From Biomphalaria glabrata (lineage: Eukaryota), in NCBI RefSeq assembly GCF_947242115.1, contig NC_074722.1, positions 29,796,340 to 29,860,339 on the forward strand: DNA of 64,000 nucleotides, in the 5' to 3' direction. This document shows, in pieces, positions 11,904-24,600 of the stretch; position 1 is the first letter of the stretch; every line of letters starts with the position of its first letter. Under the pieces are notes generated by a model that did not search any database, was not told where the DNA came from, and was given only the letters and a program-made list of their open reading frames with translations. A program made the position numbers and the translations under genes.

Positions 11904-13649
11904 ATAAAAATACGTTGTCGCTAGAAAAAGAATTTCGAAAGCTCAGAACGCTGGAAAACTGATGCCGTTGGGGCCCCGCCCTGGACAGCGCTTCGGAAGC
12001 TTTCAGCGCTCGAAAGACCCCCTTTTGCTAGATGGAGGGAAAACCTGCTGCCTCCGCAAAACATTCTCCATAAAAACCTTTTCTTGTATACAAAACTACT
12101 TTAAAGTTATCTACGACAAAAGAACTAAATGGAGTAGAGCTTTAATGATATTAAATCACCAAATTCTAAGTCCAAACATATTGTACTTATATATATGAAA
12201 AAAAAAAAGAAAATTGTTTTCTAATAATAGATTCTTTTCTTTTTAGCTATATTCTTTAAAACTTCCCAAACTCCATTGTGGGAGCCTACAGAGCTCCCCA
12301 GGCTGGCTAAGAAGAGTCGTCACTGGTAATAAATTGAGAAACACTGCATCGACACATCGAGGCTCCATTACTTTGTCCCGTCAAATAGTCTTCACTTGGT
12401 TTTTCTTGTTTTTTTGTTTTTGAAGTGGATACTTCAAGGCTTTAAGTTTTGGTTATTTCACCGACATAATGAAAGGTTAAACAACTGAACTTGACAGGCT
12501 ACAGGACACAAACTTAGGTCTACTAAGCTTATCTTTGAAACAGGAGCATAAGACGAGCAAAACATAGAACCAAAACTTCTTTTCAATTGAAAGACAATAT
12601 TTTGCTATGAATCTCTTAAAGTTTTTATTTCCTCATAGTTCCAGTCTATATTTTCGGTCAAATCAGAGATTTGTTGCAATGATAGCCCTTTATTTTATTT
12701 TTGTATTCTCTCTCTGTATAAATATTAGGCCGAATTATAAAGACATGGTCGGTGTCAGCTAAGCGTGACCTCGTGTCAAGTTATTTAGATCCCCTTCGGC
12801 GGTGACAGAAGTTCAACACGCAGGCTAGTAAAAGTAGCCCATGTTCTACGATCCTCGCCAAGTTCGGTCGGTTGGCAGAAGTCGCTGACTCGTGACCGCT
12901 TATTCTGATAGGCCAACTACACGTCGATTTAAAGTGTCCCAGTTTAACCTGAACTTGACACTCTTGTTTCTTTTATACATATATACCTATATGTGCGTGT
13001 TTATTTCTCACACCATAATGTGTTTTTAAAAATGTATTATTTCCCACGTATGACGTAGTGACTTTCTTGAGCCAAAACTGCGTGGGGGTTTCTAAGGATT
13101 ACATAATGTTACTTCTAGATCGAGTTCCTGTTCTGTAATTTGTTTTACTTGTAGACGAACTTCGCTACTAGAACGAACAATGGACGAGTTTCAGATTATT
13201 TCTCATAGGTTTGTATCTTACTGACTTACTTTGATCCTCCAGCGCATTAGGGGCGGCAAGCCCTAGGTAGATATTATAATGTATGATGGTATAGTAAAAA
13301 CAAACATTTTTTTAGGTGGGAGAGTGGGGTGCAGGCTGAGCATGTAAGAGTATTTAAACTTCTTACCTTTTTTTTTTTTTTTTCAATTTGAAACTTAGCT
13401 ACAAGCTACAAAAATTCATTATCAAAATATTTTAGGACAACGTTGGAAAAAAAAAACTTTTGAAATTGTTTAGTTTCATTCGCTGAAAGTTCTGGTGTCA
13501 ATTACATTTTAAATAACCTGTTACTGTTGGTGGGTAGACTTCCATTGACTTCTGGGTCGTATTTAGTTGTTTTTTGTTGTTGTTGTTTTGTTTTTTTTTG
13601 ACATCCCTTACACTGTAATTTGTTTAGTTATCTTTAATAAAATGTTTGT

Positions 13650-13835
13650 TGTAAAATGTTTTACATGTTTCGGATGTTCCTTCAGAGTTGAAGATAGTTT
13701 ACTTCCTAGTCCAAACCTCCCGCAGGACGATGGGGGATGGGAGCGGGCAGGGTTTGAACCCGGGACCATCGATACATCCAAACGACAGTCCAGCGCACAA
13801 ACCGCACGACCAGGCAGCCATCCAATACATTTGCT
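13650..13835 (-). mobile_element. tRNA-derived SINE (family 2).
   Basis: The reverse complement contains GGCTGCCTGGTCGTGCGGT...GGTTCAAACCCTGCCC. Copies also lie at 47545-47720 and 55880-56045. Confidence 0.7.
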
Positions 13836-15471
13836 TATTAATTAATGAATTAATCTAATCACTTTAGTTTTTCCTTAAATACAAACCTTTTCTCTTTCTT
13901 TTTTGCCTCAGTGTAGCTGGGTATTACACTTGTTCAGTATTCACCAGCTGTTAGGTTAGTTGGTGAGGCCCTCTCCAAACTGTCTATACTGTCATAGTTT
14001 TGTGTCTGCAGTGTCGCCACAGATTCTCTGTACAACGAATATTTTCTTCGTCATTGCTAATGTGTTTGTCCCCCTTATATCTTTTGTACTGGTTTTGTTT
14101 CTCCACAATGTACCGACATAGTTCCCCCAATCTTTTTTTTTTTTTTGGCTTGTCCAAAAGTCCCTTGCAGTATATTAGAACTTACAGTTAGACTAACGCT
14201 GATTTGGAGTTGTATGTATTATTGCTACTTATCATAATAGTCGTTTTGTGTGCCTTTCTGCTACTCGTTCGATATTTATAAAACATCCGCCAGGTTCACC
14301 TTGAACAATATCTTCATAACAATCATTTCATTGAATACATATGAATATTAACAATGTAATAATATTTCTAGCATTATATATGCGGTAACACTTTCGCTAT
14401 ACACACGTCTATTTTGTGTGGACTGACGATGGGCTGTAGTTATTGATAGTTTGTGTTAATGATTTCTGATATTACTGTTGAAAATATTGAAACCTGCCCT
14501 GGGACGTTACTGAGTTTGTGTTTCCACACGAACTCTCTTTGTAATCCTGTTATACAGTACTAATAATCCGCGAAAAGCACGCCGCTGTTCTTGAAATGTA
14601 ATTACTGTTGAGCAGTTGGATATTTTACATGGGCAAAGACTTTTTTTTTTAAACCCCCGCCGCCGAACATTGACCGAGATCTCGCTTTTCAACCTGTGAC
14701 CATGTTCGGCTCATCCTATCAAACAGTTTCCACCCGTTGAGCTAACGTTGAGACCTCCTCCCCATCGCCAGCTCATTGTGATACTTGTATGTTTGAATGT
14801 ATAGATTTCCACCTGCTGCGTGTCTTAAACTTCAGCGTTATACCGGTATCTCATTTGCTTATGTGATCTTTTTGTATTTCAATTGAGCATCATTAATTGT
14901 GTTTTAACTTCGGACAAAAAACAAAGGGCGGGGAGGGGGAGATGCGGTATAAACTATTATTTTGTTTGACTGCCTTTGCCTTTGACTACATCAATAATTC
15001 TCATGTGCTCTTGGTCTGTCTTTGTACTGGGCTTTACGAATCGCCAGTGAAGACGGAACGAGGACAGAAGACGTGGAAAGTAATGGGATTAGTTTCAACA
15101 GAGCGGGATCAGATGGTAATGGAAAATTGAGCCCACTTTGAATGCACGTGTTCATACCCACACACCCTGCAGACAATAGTCCATCTTTGATTTAAGATAA
15201 GCTTCGTATTGTTGTTTAGTGGGCTTCAGTCCCACTGACACCTCTCCCTTTCTTTGCGTACGTGTTCTGTTCCGAAGTGCTGTCTAGCCCTTTTTTTTTC
15301 CCCCTTGATTTGCCGAAGCCTTTGCTACATTCCTGTTTCCCCCTCCCCTCTCACCCCCCCAAAAAAAACTTGAGCAGTTTTGTAGGTGTTCAAAGTTAAA
15401 ATATTATAAGTATTAGAAAATATATTTAGCATGTTAAAATATTTCTTTTTTTTTTCTAATTACTTATATCA

Positions 15472-15655
15472 GGGAGCAAGGTGGCTGCATGTTTAAGCGC
15501 TTGCCATGGTTTCTGAACCTGGGCTCCTAGGTTCGAATCTCGTTGAAGACTTGTATTTTGCATTTCGGGGATTTTTAGGGCGCCTAATGGGTGCCTGACA
15601 TTAGTTGAGGAAAAGTAAAGGTGGTTGGTCGTGATGTTGGTTTTGAGAAACATCG
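15472..15655 (+). mobile_element. SINE family 1 copy.
   Basis: The sequence ggtggctgcatgtttaagcgcttgccatggtttctgaacctgggctcctaggttcgaatctcg carries A and B boxes. Confidence 0.7.
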
Positions 15656-16024
15656 TACATGTATTATATTTTTACTTATTATTAGCAAGTGTTTGGTATG
15701 TATAGCTGGAGATACCATACAGTCATTAAATAAACCAATGTTATTGTAAACAAATAATTGGATCAATTTTTAGTCTATCATCGTTTCATTTTGTTTTTAA
15801 TTTTAGAATAATATCTTAAAAAACTTTTTTGAAAATAAAAGTGTGCCTCTAAATAAACACACATACACAAGCCAAAATGTTTATTAAAGAAAATGATGTG
15901 AAAAACAAAACACACATTTACATTTAGTACGTGAAAAATATGTCTTAACACAAACACTCATGCAAAACATAGATATGAATAATTCTTTTAAAAGAAATAA
16001 TACAATAAACGTACATAATGTATT

Positions 16025-16095
16025 TCGCGCCAAAACGTCCCGTCGCCAAAACGACCTTCGCGCCAAAACGGCGGGGCCAAAACGGCGGCGCCAAA
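16025..16095. repeat. Short tandem repeat of a roughly 13-bp unit (CGCCAAAACGNCN), about 5 units.
   Basis: Reads cgcgccaaaacgtcccgtcgccaaaacgaccttcgcgccaaaacggcggggccaaaacggcggcgccaaacc. Confidence 0.7.
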
Positions 16096-16559
16096 CCGTC
16101 CTGCTTCGCACTGCAAGATCTACACTATTGTGATATCAATATCTAGTTTCTGTGATCTAAATGGGACGGACGGACCACACAAAACTAACAACAGCTTTTC
16201 CCCTTCCGGCTTCTAAAATCAAACGAACGCGATTCTATGCAGTTGTTTTTTTTAATCTTTTTGTACTTTCTGTCTACTTGGTCTTTACCATTGATGTGTT
16301 TGGTGTTTTATTGAGTCTTGTTTATGTCTTGTTCTATGTCCAAGTTAATCCTAAATCAATTAACAGTGTTTAATGTCAGATCGAGTGTTAAAGATTTTAT
16401 TTACGAGTTGCGGTCTGTTAATCCGTCTGACAGGTAAACAAAGGAGGAGTGAGCTTGTAAAGGTAAATACATTGTACTGTAATCACTGACCATAATGAAT
16501 TGTCCTAAGTTTAAACAACCTGCTGGTTTACCAGATGACTTATTATTCTTCGTTCTCAT

Positions 16560-16760
16560 TTTACATGTCGGGGGTTCAGATCAGTAATCATGTATCTGAG
16601 ATGAACCACGCAGTGGTTTCCAGATCAAGCAGTACTCCGTATAGTTTTTCTTCTATAGGAGGGCTGTGGGCCTCTTGATATAGCTTTGAAAGACATGGTC
16701 AGCATTCTCTGGTGATGCTCCACAAGGGCAGGTTTCACTAGTCCCGACTTTTAGCTTCTG
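16560..16760. repeat. Dispersed repeat. A second copy lies at 18130-18350, immediately upstream of GLT1D1 exon 2.
   Basis: Both copies share ggttcagatcagtaatc...agacatggtcagcattctctgRtKatgctccacaagggca. Confidence 0.6.
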
Positions 16761-17059
16761 GAACATATGTTGTCTCATTCCGGTGTGTACGGTTCTGAGT
16801 CGAAAAACTATGCGTTGGTCATGTCGAGATAGCTTATAATAGGGGTATCCTTTTTCTTGTAATTGGGAATGTGAGCTGGTCCAAATCTCATTTATTCTAA
16901 ACTCTATTTATTTCATCATTTCTTCTGAGCTACTTCCCCTCTTTTTTTTTTTTTTTGCGCTTATGCCTTTTTTTTTGGGGGGGGGGGGGGGGCGCTTCAT
17001 GTTGTTGTGTTTTTTTTTTCTGTTATTCTGGCCTCATACCGTTTTGTTTATTTGGACAC

Positions 17060-17300
17060 CTACCGCTGATATTGTTTTCCCGGGTTCAAACCCTAGTGAA
17101 GACTGGGATTTTTATATTCGGGATCTTTGGGCGGCTCTCAATCCACCCAGCTCTAATCAGTACCTGACATTAGTTGGGTAAAAGTAAAGGTGGTTGGTTA
17201 TTGTGCTGGCCCCATGACACCGTCGTTAACCGTGGACCACAGAAACAGATTACCTTTACGTCATCTGCCTATAGATTGCAAGGTGTGAAAGGAAAACTTC
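17060..17300 (+). mobile_element. SINE family 1 copy, 5'-truncated and preceded by a G15 run.
   Basis: Contains ggttcaaaccctagtgaagactgggatttttat...acctgacattagttgggtaaaagtaaaggtggttgg...tttacgtcatctgcctatagattgcaagg. Confidence 0.7.
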
Positions 17301-17585
17301 ATCAGTATGAGGGAGATCGAAGTCTTTCTCCCACAAATTCTATAAATGCAAAGGTAGCCCCTATATGGTAGTTTCCCAAGTTCTGATGGCCAAAAGTAGC
17401 TCATGAATCAATTTCTGACCATGGTGTGCAATGAAAGTTGTGATTGGACTGTGAGAGGCAGATTAAAATTTGCTGAAAACTGACCAGGTTTAAAAAAAAA
17501 TAGTTTAACATTCAAACAGAAAGTATTTGTGTTTGTGTCACTGCAAACTAACCATGACATTTTTCTGTCCAGATTTCCAAGAGGA

Positions 17586-17659
17586 ATGCCTCACACATTG
17601 ATTTTGTTGTCTCCCCTTGCCAAGAGGGGAGGGAACTATTGTACAATCAAAAGAATAAG
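17586..17659 (+). CDS. GLT1D1: GLT1D1 orthologue exon 1 (MPHTLILLSPLAKRGGNYCTIKRI, phase 2 at the end). Donor AAG|GTAAAAG.
   Basis: Aligns with the vertebrate GLT1D1 N-terminus ([23 protein letters not shown]). The phase-2 overhang AG plus the A of exon 2 makes Arg, joining in frame. Confidence 0.6.
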
Positions 17660-18410
17660 GTAAAAGAAGTACAGGTAACATTTGTAACTGTAAATTAAGT
17701 ATTTTAGCTAAATAAAGATAATTGATAGAATGAAATTGATTGCCTGAGTGGAAAGAGCAAATAATTTTAAAAGAATTTCTGATTAAAAAAAAAATTCATA
17801 AAAATTTTAATAGAGCTTGTTTTATTCTTTCAACAACAAAAAAAAAAAACAGAAAAAAAAAATTAAAATTTAATATATACATCGCGTCTCCTACAACTCC
17901 ATGCATATGTACACATTGTCAACTCAGTTTTCACACAACATATCATTATCTTATTATTTCTTTCATGTGAAAAATACATTTCTGGGCCAATTTTTCTTTT
18001 ATGAACTATAGAAATTTTTGGGTGTGAAGGTTTTTGCTTTGTTTTGCTTTTTGTAACAAGTCTCTCTAATTATGAACATAGCTGTCTGGGAGATTTGTTT
18101 AATTTATTGCGTCTTCTTCTTCATTTTTATGTTAGAGGGTTCAGATGAGTACTCCTATATCTGCGATTAACTGTGCTGTGGTTTCCAGATCTGGCGGCTC
18201 TCCATATAGTTTTTGTTCTGTAGGGGGATTTTTGGGTCAGGTGTCTTCTTCAGACCTCTCGATAGAGTATGCAGCTTTTAAAGACATGGTCAGCATTCTC
18301 TGATTATGCTCCACAAGGGCAAAACTCACTCATCGTTATTTTTAGCTTGCAAGCTTGTGTTCTTATTCTGTTTCCTTGTGTCTGATTTGTTTCTTCCCTT
18401 GTGTCTATAG

Positions 18411-18559
18411 AAATCATCTCAAGTCTATTGGCTACAAGTGCCATCTGGAGGACCCTAAACTGTTTCAGAACCATGATGAGTTTGTTCGCATGGTGGATGA
18501 AGATAATATTGGAATACTGATCGGAATACATGCTCTTAGAACTGGAGCTTTTATGAAAG
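18411..18559 (+). CDS. GLT1D1: GLT1D1 exon 2 (..NHLKSIGYKCHLEDPKLFQNHDEFVRMVDEDNIGILIGIHALRTGAFMK).
   Basis: Acceptor ttcccttgtgtctatag, donor AAAG|GTGAGT. Matches human [49 protein letters not shown]. Confidence 0.8.
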
Positions 18560-18779
18560 GTGAGTGGTTGATCAGCTGTCAATTGGGTTAGACTGTTAGA
18601 CAATGATATATTGCTAGTATATTGACATAATTAGTAGAATCTTGTAAATTAGAAACAAAATCATTCAAGAAAAATAAAAAGCAAAGTAACAATCTTTTAA
18701 TAATAAGATTGAAATAAACTTACAAATACAGAAATAAGACCTATGAAATAATTTCCTATTTCAATGGTAAGTAGATCCT

Positions 18780-18945
18780 CAGAAAAGCACCAGAAAAGAA
18801 AATCAAGGCTATTGACACAGGCTCCAGCTGGAATAGCCTATCCAGTGGGCAGGCTAACAATCACATAGATCTCACCAGCCAACGAAGTGCAAAGCCCTTA
18901 GCCTCCTAGATGACCAAAGTGGTCATAATCATATCATGAATGATG
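18780..18945 (+). mobile_element. Degraded fragment of the same L2-type LINE 3' end as 7707-8188.
   Basis: Aligns with 8010-8188 (..gctccagctggaata.cct..ccagtg..ctcaccagcca..gatgac.aaagtggtcat.atc..). Confidence 0.6.
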
Positions 18946-19438
18946 GATGAACTCTATTTTTGTACAAATGCCAATCAATTGAATAGTAAATAGCATTTTG
19001 TAATATACCACCAAAAACTGCTCAGATCTTCATTGTATACTTCCTAAGCTCTGTCTTCTTGAAGTGAGATTCTGCATGTAAAAAAAAAACACCTTCTATC
19101 TACTCAAACCATTTCAACTGACTATTATCAGATATTGGCAATAGGTAGATTGCATAACTACAATTAGACCTTGATCCTAAAACATCTTTTTTTTATAGAG
19201 CAGGTCAAATAATCGCAAATAGATCTTGCTCCTAAAATGCACTATCATTGATTAGCCATCTTTATTTTTTTTTTTTCATATTTCTCTGGCGGACTTCGAC
19301 CATAAGTTGTCCACTTATGGCCCATATTTTTTTATTATTCCATCCCTATTTCCTTCTTTGTGAAACTGAGTCATGTAAGTTGTGGCTACTTTTATTAGCA
19401 CATTTTTGGGCTGGAATTAATCATGTGATCCTTTCCAG

Positions 19439-19544
19439 AGAGTAACCTGCCTTACATCGTCATCCTTGGCGGCACAGACATCAATGAGTTCAGCAAAGAC
19501 TCCCACTCCCTTGACATCATGACTGAGGTGATCACAAAAGCCAA
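19439..19544 (+). CDS. GLT1D1: GLT1D1 exon 3 (ESNLPYIVILGGTDINEFSKDSHSLDIMTEVITKA..).
   Basis: Matches human [31 protein letters not shown]. Acceptor ctttccag, donor CAA|GTGAGA. Confidence 0.85.
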
Positions 19545-19744
19545 GTGAGAATAGTGGATTGTTTGTTGTAGAAAATTGTAGATGTCCATGTGGTCAGTTG
19601 GTTGTACATTGTTGCAGTGCATAGCTGCATTATGTCCAATGCTGGCTGGTTGTGAGGCTAGCAGTTTAGAAAGCTGTTGATTGTGTTAAGATCAGTTCCT
19701 ATATCTCTGTAGGAATTATGGGATATTGTATGCAATAAACATTG

Positions 19745-19925
19745 CATTAGCTAGGGTTAGGGGAGGGGAGGTCCAAATTTGAAATTCCCCAAGACCCCCC
19801 ACTGGAGAAGGGCCCCCAAATGAGTGTCCGAAATTTGTTTTTACATTAAATATAATGCCATTATCTCATGTCATGATGATGAATGTCAAAATGCAGGGGT
19901 CATTAAAGAGGTCAAGCCCCCCAGG
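19745..19925. mobile_element. Internal fragment of the CAGTGGCG-family MITE, lacking both termini, in GLT1D1 intron 3.
   Basis: Contains gggcccccaaatgagtgtccgaaatttgtttttacattaaat...gtcaaaatgcaggggtc...aagaggtcaagcccc, homologous to the body of the element at 42112-42312. Confidence 0.65.
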
Positions 19926-20104
19926 CTGTAATTTTATTTATTAAAGGATATACAACATTTGCTTGAAAAAAATATCAGATATTTTTAAAACTGGAAAATA
20001 GTTGATGTTCTATTACAAAATAGATTCAGAACTTCATTGAATTTTTTTTTATATCATGTTTGTTTCTTAACTCAATGTTACAATATTTTATTCTTTAACT
20101 AAAG

Positions 20105-20196
20105 GTTTGTGGTGTGTTTTAGTTCAACTATACGAGACAAGGCTCTAGCGCTATGGCCAAATATCTCACTGTCCAAACTTGCCCTCATTCCACAAG
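20105..20196 (+). CDS. GLT1D1: GLT1D1 exon 4 (KFVVCFSSTIRDKALALWPNISLSKLALIPQ).
   Basis: Matches human [30 protein letters not shown]. Donor CAAG|GTGAGT. Confidence 0.8.
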
Positions 20197-20957
20197 GTGA
20201 GTGTGACAGACTTATGACTCAACGTGTTAACAGCATTCTTTCTGTTGAGCTGGCTTTGTTGTGTCTCAAATCTTGTTTTCTACTTTCTTTGCTTCACTTT
20301 TAGTAGACATCTGGATGTTATTATAAAAACACTTCATTCTTTAGTTTCTTAACTGTGTTAGATGTTAACTAATCTTGCTGCATATGAAAGCAACTAATAG
20401 ATAAAAGTGTTGAACTTATTTTTTTTTCATGTTATTTTATTAGCTTTTCTTATGATCGTATGTTAGCTGGATGGCTTAACTGGTCATGTGATTAGCTCTG
20501 AGACTGCCATCATCATCTTTCCTTTGAGTTCCTAATGCAACATAGGGCCTCAGTAAAAACATGCCACTCTCCACAGTCTCTTGCTAGTTTTTTAATGGCT
20601 TCCCGCCAGAGTGCTATAACAGTGGTTTAGTTTGTGACTCCTACCAACCACAGAGTTTGAATAATGTTTTTCATAAAAACACTTCCAAGGAAAGAAAGAA
20701 TCACATTTAAAATTTATAGTGATCTCCCTTACTTTATAACACACACACACATTTTCAATCTTTAGCTTTCATTTCATTGTCTTAAACAGTGAGTTTTGTC
20801 TTATCTTAATTATTGACTTACACTGGAACATTGACACGTTTTTCAAACATTAAAATCACATTTTAGTGGTGATTACTTTTACTTTATTTTACTTTGAAGG
20901 CTTTATTTTTAGAGATAATCCAAAAAAAACCTATATTTTGTTGTTGTTGCTGTACAG

Positions 20958-21122
20958 CTGTCCATACCTGTGTGTCTAGTTTCAACTTGATGAGTTACTT
21001 GTTCAGTCAACCAGAAGTCAATAGTCTGATGACCTCTTCCTTTCAAAAACCTGTAGTCTTCTCATTGATTGGAGGAATTAGGCCAGTGAAGAACTCAACT
21101 TACCTAATTCCTACTTTTCAAG
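20958..21122 (+). CDS. GLT1D1: GLT1D1 exon 5 (AVHTCVSSFNLMSYLFSQPEVNSLMTSSFQKPVVFSLIGGIRPVKNSTYLIPTFQ).
   Basis: Matches human [50 protein letters not shown]. Acceptor ttgttgttgctgtacag, donor CAAG|GTAAAG. Confidence 0.8.
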
Positions 21123-21184
21123 GTAAAGTATGAGGCTGACTTGTTGGGGATTCCTGAGGGTAAAATACTATTTTTCCCTCATAA

Positions 21185-21460
21185 AGAAAAGTAAAGTTAA
21201 CCCTTTCAAACCTTGTGATCTATAGGGCAAATGACGTAAAGGTCATCTGTTTCTGTGGCCCATTGTTAATCAGGGTGTTATGTGCCCAACACGAGGACCA
21301 ACCGCCAAGACTTTTCTCCACCTAATATCAGGTACCCATTAGAGCTGGGTAGACTCAGAGGTCCCCAAAGATCCGGAAATTAAAAATCCCAGTCTTTACA
21401 AGGATTCGAACCCAGGTTTGGAAACCAAGCACTTTACCACTCAGCCACCACACCTCCTTT
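21185..21460 (-). mobile_element. SINE family 1 copy in GLT1D1 intron 5.
   Basis: Contains the conserved body aaaggtcatctgtttctgtggcc...gggtagactcagaggtccccaaagatccggaaattaaaaatccca...ggattcgaacccagg. Confidence 0.75.
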
Positions 21461-21464
21461 TGTA

Positions 21465-21720
21465 GTAAAGTTCCCCTTTCAGACCATAGGGTTGATGATG
21501 TTAAGGGCATCTGTTTCTTTGTCAAACCTTTAACGATCAGGCTGTCATGTGGCCAGCATAACGAACAACCGCCTTTACTTTCCCCAACTAAAGTCAGAGA
21601 CCATCAGAGTTGGGTGGACTCAAGCGCCCTAAAAATCTAGAAATTCAAAATCCCAGTCTTCACCGAAATTAGAACCCAGGACCTCGAGGTTTGGAAGACA
21701 AGCGCTTAACCACTCATCCA
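21465..21720 (-). mobile_element. SINE family 1 copy, in tandem with the previous one.
   Basis: Same architecture as the neighbouring copy. The tRNA-like head lies at 21650-21715. Confidence 0.75.
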
Positions 21721-22269
21721 CTGTGCCCCCCCAATTTCTCCATCATGCATAGTCTCTAGTGTTATTTTAGGTAGCAAGCAAAGTCCTTGGATTGAAATTA
21801 TGCACAGTCTTTAACACTCAACAATTACATACTTATTTTTTCTTTCAGTCTTTATACTATTTTTTCTGCAAACACTATCTATTTGTTAACTCCCTTATTG
21901 GAGCTTGACTTTTTATTTAATGCTGAATTATCTTATAAGTTACAGATGTTCCTTCAAATTAAAAGATATCCATGTTAATATACACCATAACTACATCTGA
22001 TATTACTAATTGTTGCGAGCAAATGAGACTCTTACTCATACACCAAGCAGACTCATCTATAGTAGATTATGAGGACTTTAATCTTGATTCAACAAATAAT
22101 AATATGTCAATAATAACCTCGTTTACATTACTCCATATTTGGATCCTTCTCTTCCAATACGCATTCGCTCCATTCCACATTCCCACTATGCTGCGCACGT
22201 AAAAGTCATATCTATACTATATTCTTTGTTTTATTTAAACCCATAAACATTTTGTTTATCACCTTACAG

Positions 22270-22319
22270 AATGGCATGCAAGAGATAAAAGAATTTTGTT
22301 GCTGATTGTGGGACCAAAG
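22270..22319 (+). CDS. GLT1D1: GLT1D1 exon 6 (EWHARDKRILLLIVGPK).
   Basis: Matches human EWHQEEPNVHLVIVGPE. Acceptor accttacag, donor AAAG|GTTTGT. Confidence 0.85.
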
Positions 22320-22568
22320 GTTTGTCAAACTGTGGAACATCATATTTACATTGCTCCTTGTCATACAAGACTATGTATTCTCCTAGACTATTTGCTGGAG
22401 TTAGTTAACTAATTCTTTATAAAATCATGATCTATTAGTACTTGTGATCTTGTCAAATAGTGCTGTTGTTGATGTTGTTTTGTAATTTCATTTTGAAAAT
22501 ATTTTATAGAAAACTTTATGTACATTTCAAAGGTAAATCCACACTAAATAAGACTATTACTTTTTCAG

Positions 22569-22615
22569 TTAGATGAACACTACTGTTCTACTGTGTTTGA
22601 ACCAGCTGTAAACAA
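22569..22615 (+). CDS. GLT1D1: GLT1D1 exon 7 (LDEHYCSTVFEPAVN..).
   Basis: Corresponds to human VDPVFTREVKAKVKR. Acceptor ctttttcag, donor CAA|GTAAGT. Confidence 0.7.
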
Positions 22616-22659
22616 GTAAGTATTAGTTTTACAATTCATAGTTCAGCAATTTTTACAAA

Positions 22660-23095
22660 GCCTAAATCAACTATCTCTGTCTGTCTGTCTGTCTGTCTGG
22701 TATAAAGTGTGTACACATTATTTCTCCCACAACCATTCTGGAATCAAGTTGAAACTTTGATCAATTAATCATTGGCATAGACAAGACATGAATCAATAAA
22801 ATAAAAAGTAACCAATTAGTCAATTAATTACTGGTAATTAATTATATTTGTACTAACAAGGGAAACTAATCTTTCAGTATTCAGATATGACTAAATTAGT
22901 GTTTTGTCCCCTTAAAATAATTAAGGCTATTTCTCCCTCACCCATTCTCCAATCAAGTTGATACTTTAAACACTTATTTATTGTACCTAAAAAAACATGA
23001 ATCAATAAGAAAGAAAAACACCCTATTAGTCAATTAATTATTGATAATTATTTATTTTGATTGATACCAAATAAGGGAAATAACTTGTACATTAT
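22660..23095 (+). repeat. Two tandem copies of dispersed repeat family X, in GLT1D1 intron 7.
   Basis: Both copies read (ctgt)n ggtat...cacccattctS.aatcaagttgaWact...aaccaattagtcaattaatt. Confidence 0.6.
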
Positions 23096-23467
23096 TGATA
23101 GATATAGTTTTCAATGCAGACTTCTTCCTCCTTTAAATGTGCTTTGTTTTTTAAAAAAGGATTTTTTGATATTTTTCTTTGTTAGTTTTTTTTTTTTGTG
23201 AAAATTCATGATGTACATCTCCAAGAGCAACATGTATATTTTGTAAAACTCCATTCCTCAAATTTCCAAAAAACTTAGATGTAGTTTTTTGGAATTTCTC
23301 TTACATTTCAAGCTGGATTAATTTTTTACATTTTCCCATAAACACTTATTACGCTTTTTTTGTGTTTATATATAAATATAGAGTTGAGGTATAGCTGTTT
23401 ATCATTTACTTTTATATAAGTAATCCTTATCACTCTATATTTAACCTGTGTCACTGTTGCCTCACAG

Positions 23468-23588
23468 GAGACCAGGAGTTGTGTACATTCCAGGACTTCC
23501 AATGGAAGACACCCATGCCATCATGTCACAGTCATTTGCTGTAGTCAATAGCTCAGATAGTGAAGGGATGTGTCTAGCCATACTTGAG
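23468..23588 (+). CDS. GLT1D1: GLT1D1 exon 8 (KRPGVVYIPGLPMEDTHAIMSQSFAVVNSSDSEGMCLAILE).
   Basis: Matches human [41 protein letters not shown]. Confidence 0.9.
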
Positions 23589-23614
23589 GTGATTTTTTTT
23601 CATTCAACATTGTT

Positions 23615-23760
23615 ATAAGTAAAGTGTTATAAGCATATTGGCTTAGTGGTAAAAGTGTTATAAGTATATTGGCTTAGTGGTAAAAGTGTTATAAGTATAT
23701 TGGCTTAGTGGTAAAAGTGTTATAAGTATATTGGCTTAGTGGTAAAAAGCGCTTGGCTTC
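23615..23760. repeat. 31-bp minisatellite, about 4.5 units (aagtgttataagtatattggcttagtggtaa), ending in a tRNA-like gcttagtggtaaaaagcgcttggcttc motif.
   Basis: Direct tandem repetition seen in the sequence. Confidence 0.85.
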
Positions 23761-24044
23761 TGAAAAACATTTGTTCAGTGGGTCAATTTAATTAATTCAT
23801 TTATTGGGTATGTTGCAGTCAATTTATTTCTTTTTAGTAGACTGTCCATTTATATTGGCCTAATATATAATTTAATTTTTTTTTGTATCAATTACAATTT
23901 TTATCAGTTAAATTTTGAAATTAGAAATATCTTTTAATCAAATTTATTTCAAGTATTTCACTTTTCAGTATAATGATCAGTACTGTATATTCCATTCATT
24001 AATATAACATGTATTTTATATATTATATTCTTTTGGGATTTTAG

Positions 24045-24143
24045 GCTATGCACATTGGTGTACCAGTCCTTGCAAGAAATATACCAGGCAATAAAGCAAT
24101 AGTACAGGATGGTGTCACAGGTCTTTTGTATGATTCACCTCAG
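24045..24143 (+). CDS. GLT1D1: GLT1D1 exon 9 ([33 protein letters not shown]).
   Basis: Matches human [33 protein letters not shown]. Confidence 0.9.
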
Positions 24144-24269
24144 GTACCAGGATCTAAATTTCATAAAAGTTAATTTTGTATAAATAGATCTTACAACAAA
24201 AAAATGTAATGAATTAGCTTAAGCATTTTTCATTATTTTGCTGCATAAGTTACATAAAGCATTGATATA

Positions 24270-24500
24270 TATTAATACATGGAGGCAGGTGCTAGTTTTC
24301 CAAACCAAGGTTTGAATCTTGGTGAAGACTGGAATTTTGAAATTTTAAGGCCCCCCCCCCTCCCCCCCCCCCCAAGTCCACCTACCTCTAATGAGAACTT
24401 AACATTTGGACAGGTGGTCAGTTATTGTGCTTTTCCTTGATGCCATTGTCGACCCATCTTTACATCATCAGCCCTATAGATTGCAGGGTATATTACTTTT
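24270..24500 (+). mobile_element. SINE family 1 copy in the last GLT1D1 intron. It contains a C/G homopolymer interruption.
   Basis: Contains ggtttgaatcttggtgaagactgg...cctctaatgagaacttaacatttggacaggtggtcag...tttacatcatcagccctatagattgcaggg. Confidence 0.7.
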
Positions 24501-24600
24501 ATTTGTATAGAATTACCTATACAGGCATTAACAGATGTTCTTATTTATTGAATCTTTTAACGTTTGTTGAACATTTTTCTTTTTCTTTGCCGATGTTTAG

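Noticed and set aside
11678-11962. 94-aa ORF containing IYIYIY...
   Set aside because: It is a (TA)n microsatellite forming the tail of the LINE at 11230-11812.
13567-13845. 92-aa plus-strand ORF. ORFs 47543-47756 are similar.
   Set aside because: They lie entirely within SINE family 2 copies.
16374-16434. Candidate GLT1D1 first exon MSDRVLKILFTSCGLLIRLT with donor gtaaac.
   Set aside because: Its splice phase is wrong for exon 2. It also lacks the conserved Gly-rich TGNA loop. The exon at 17586-17659 fits on both counts.
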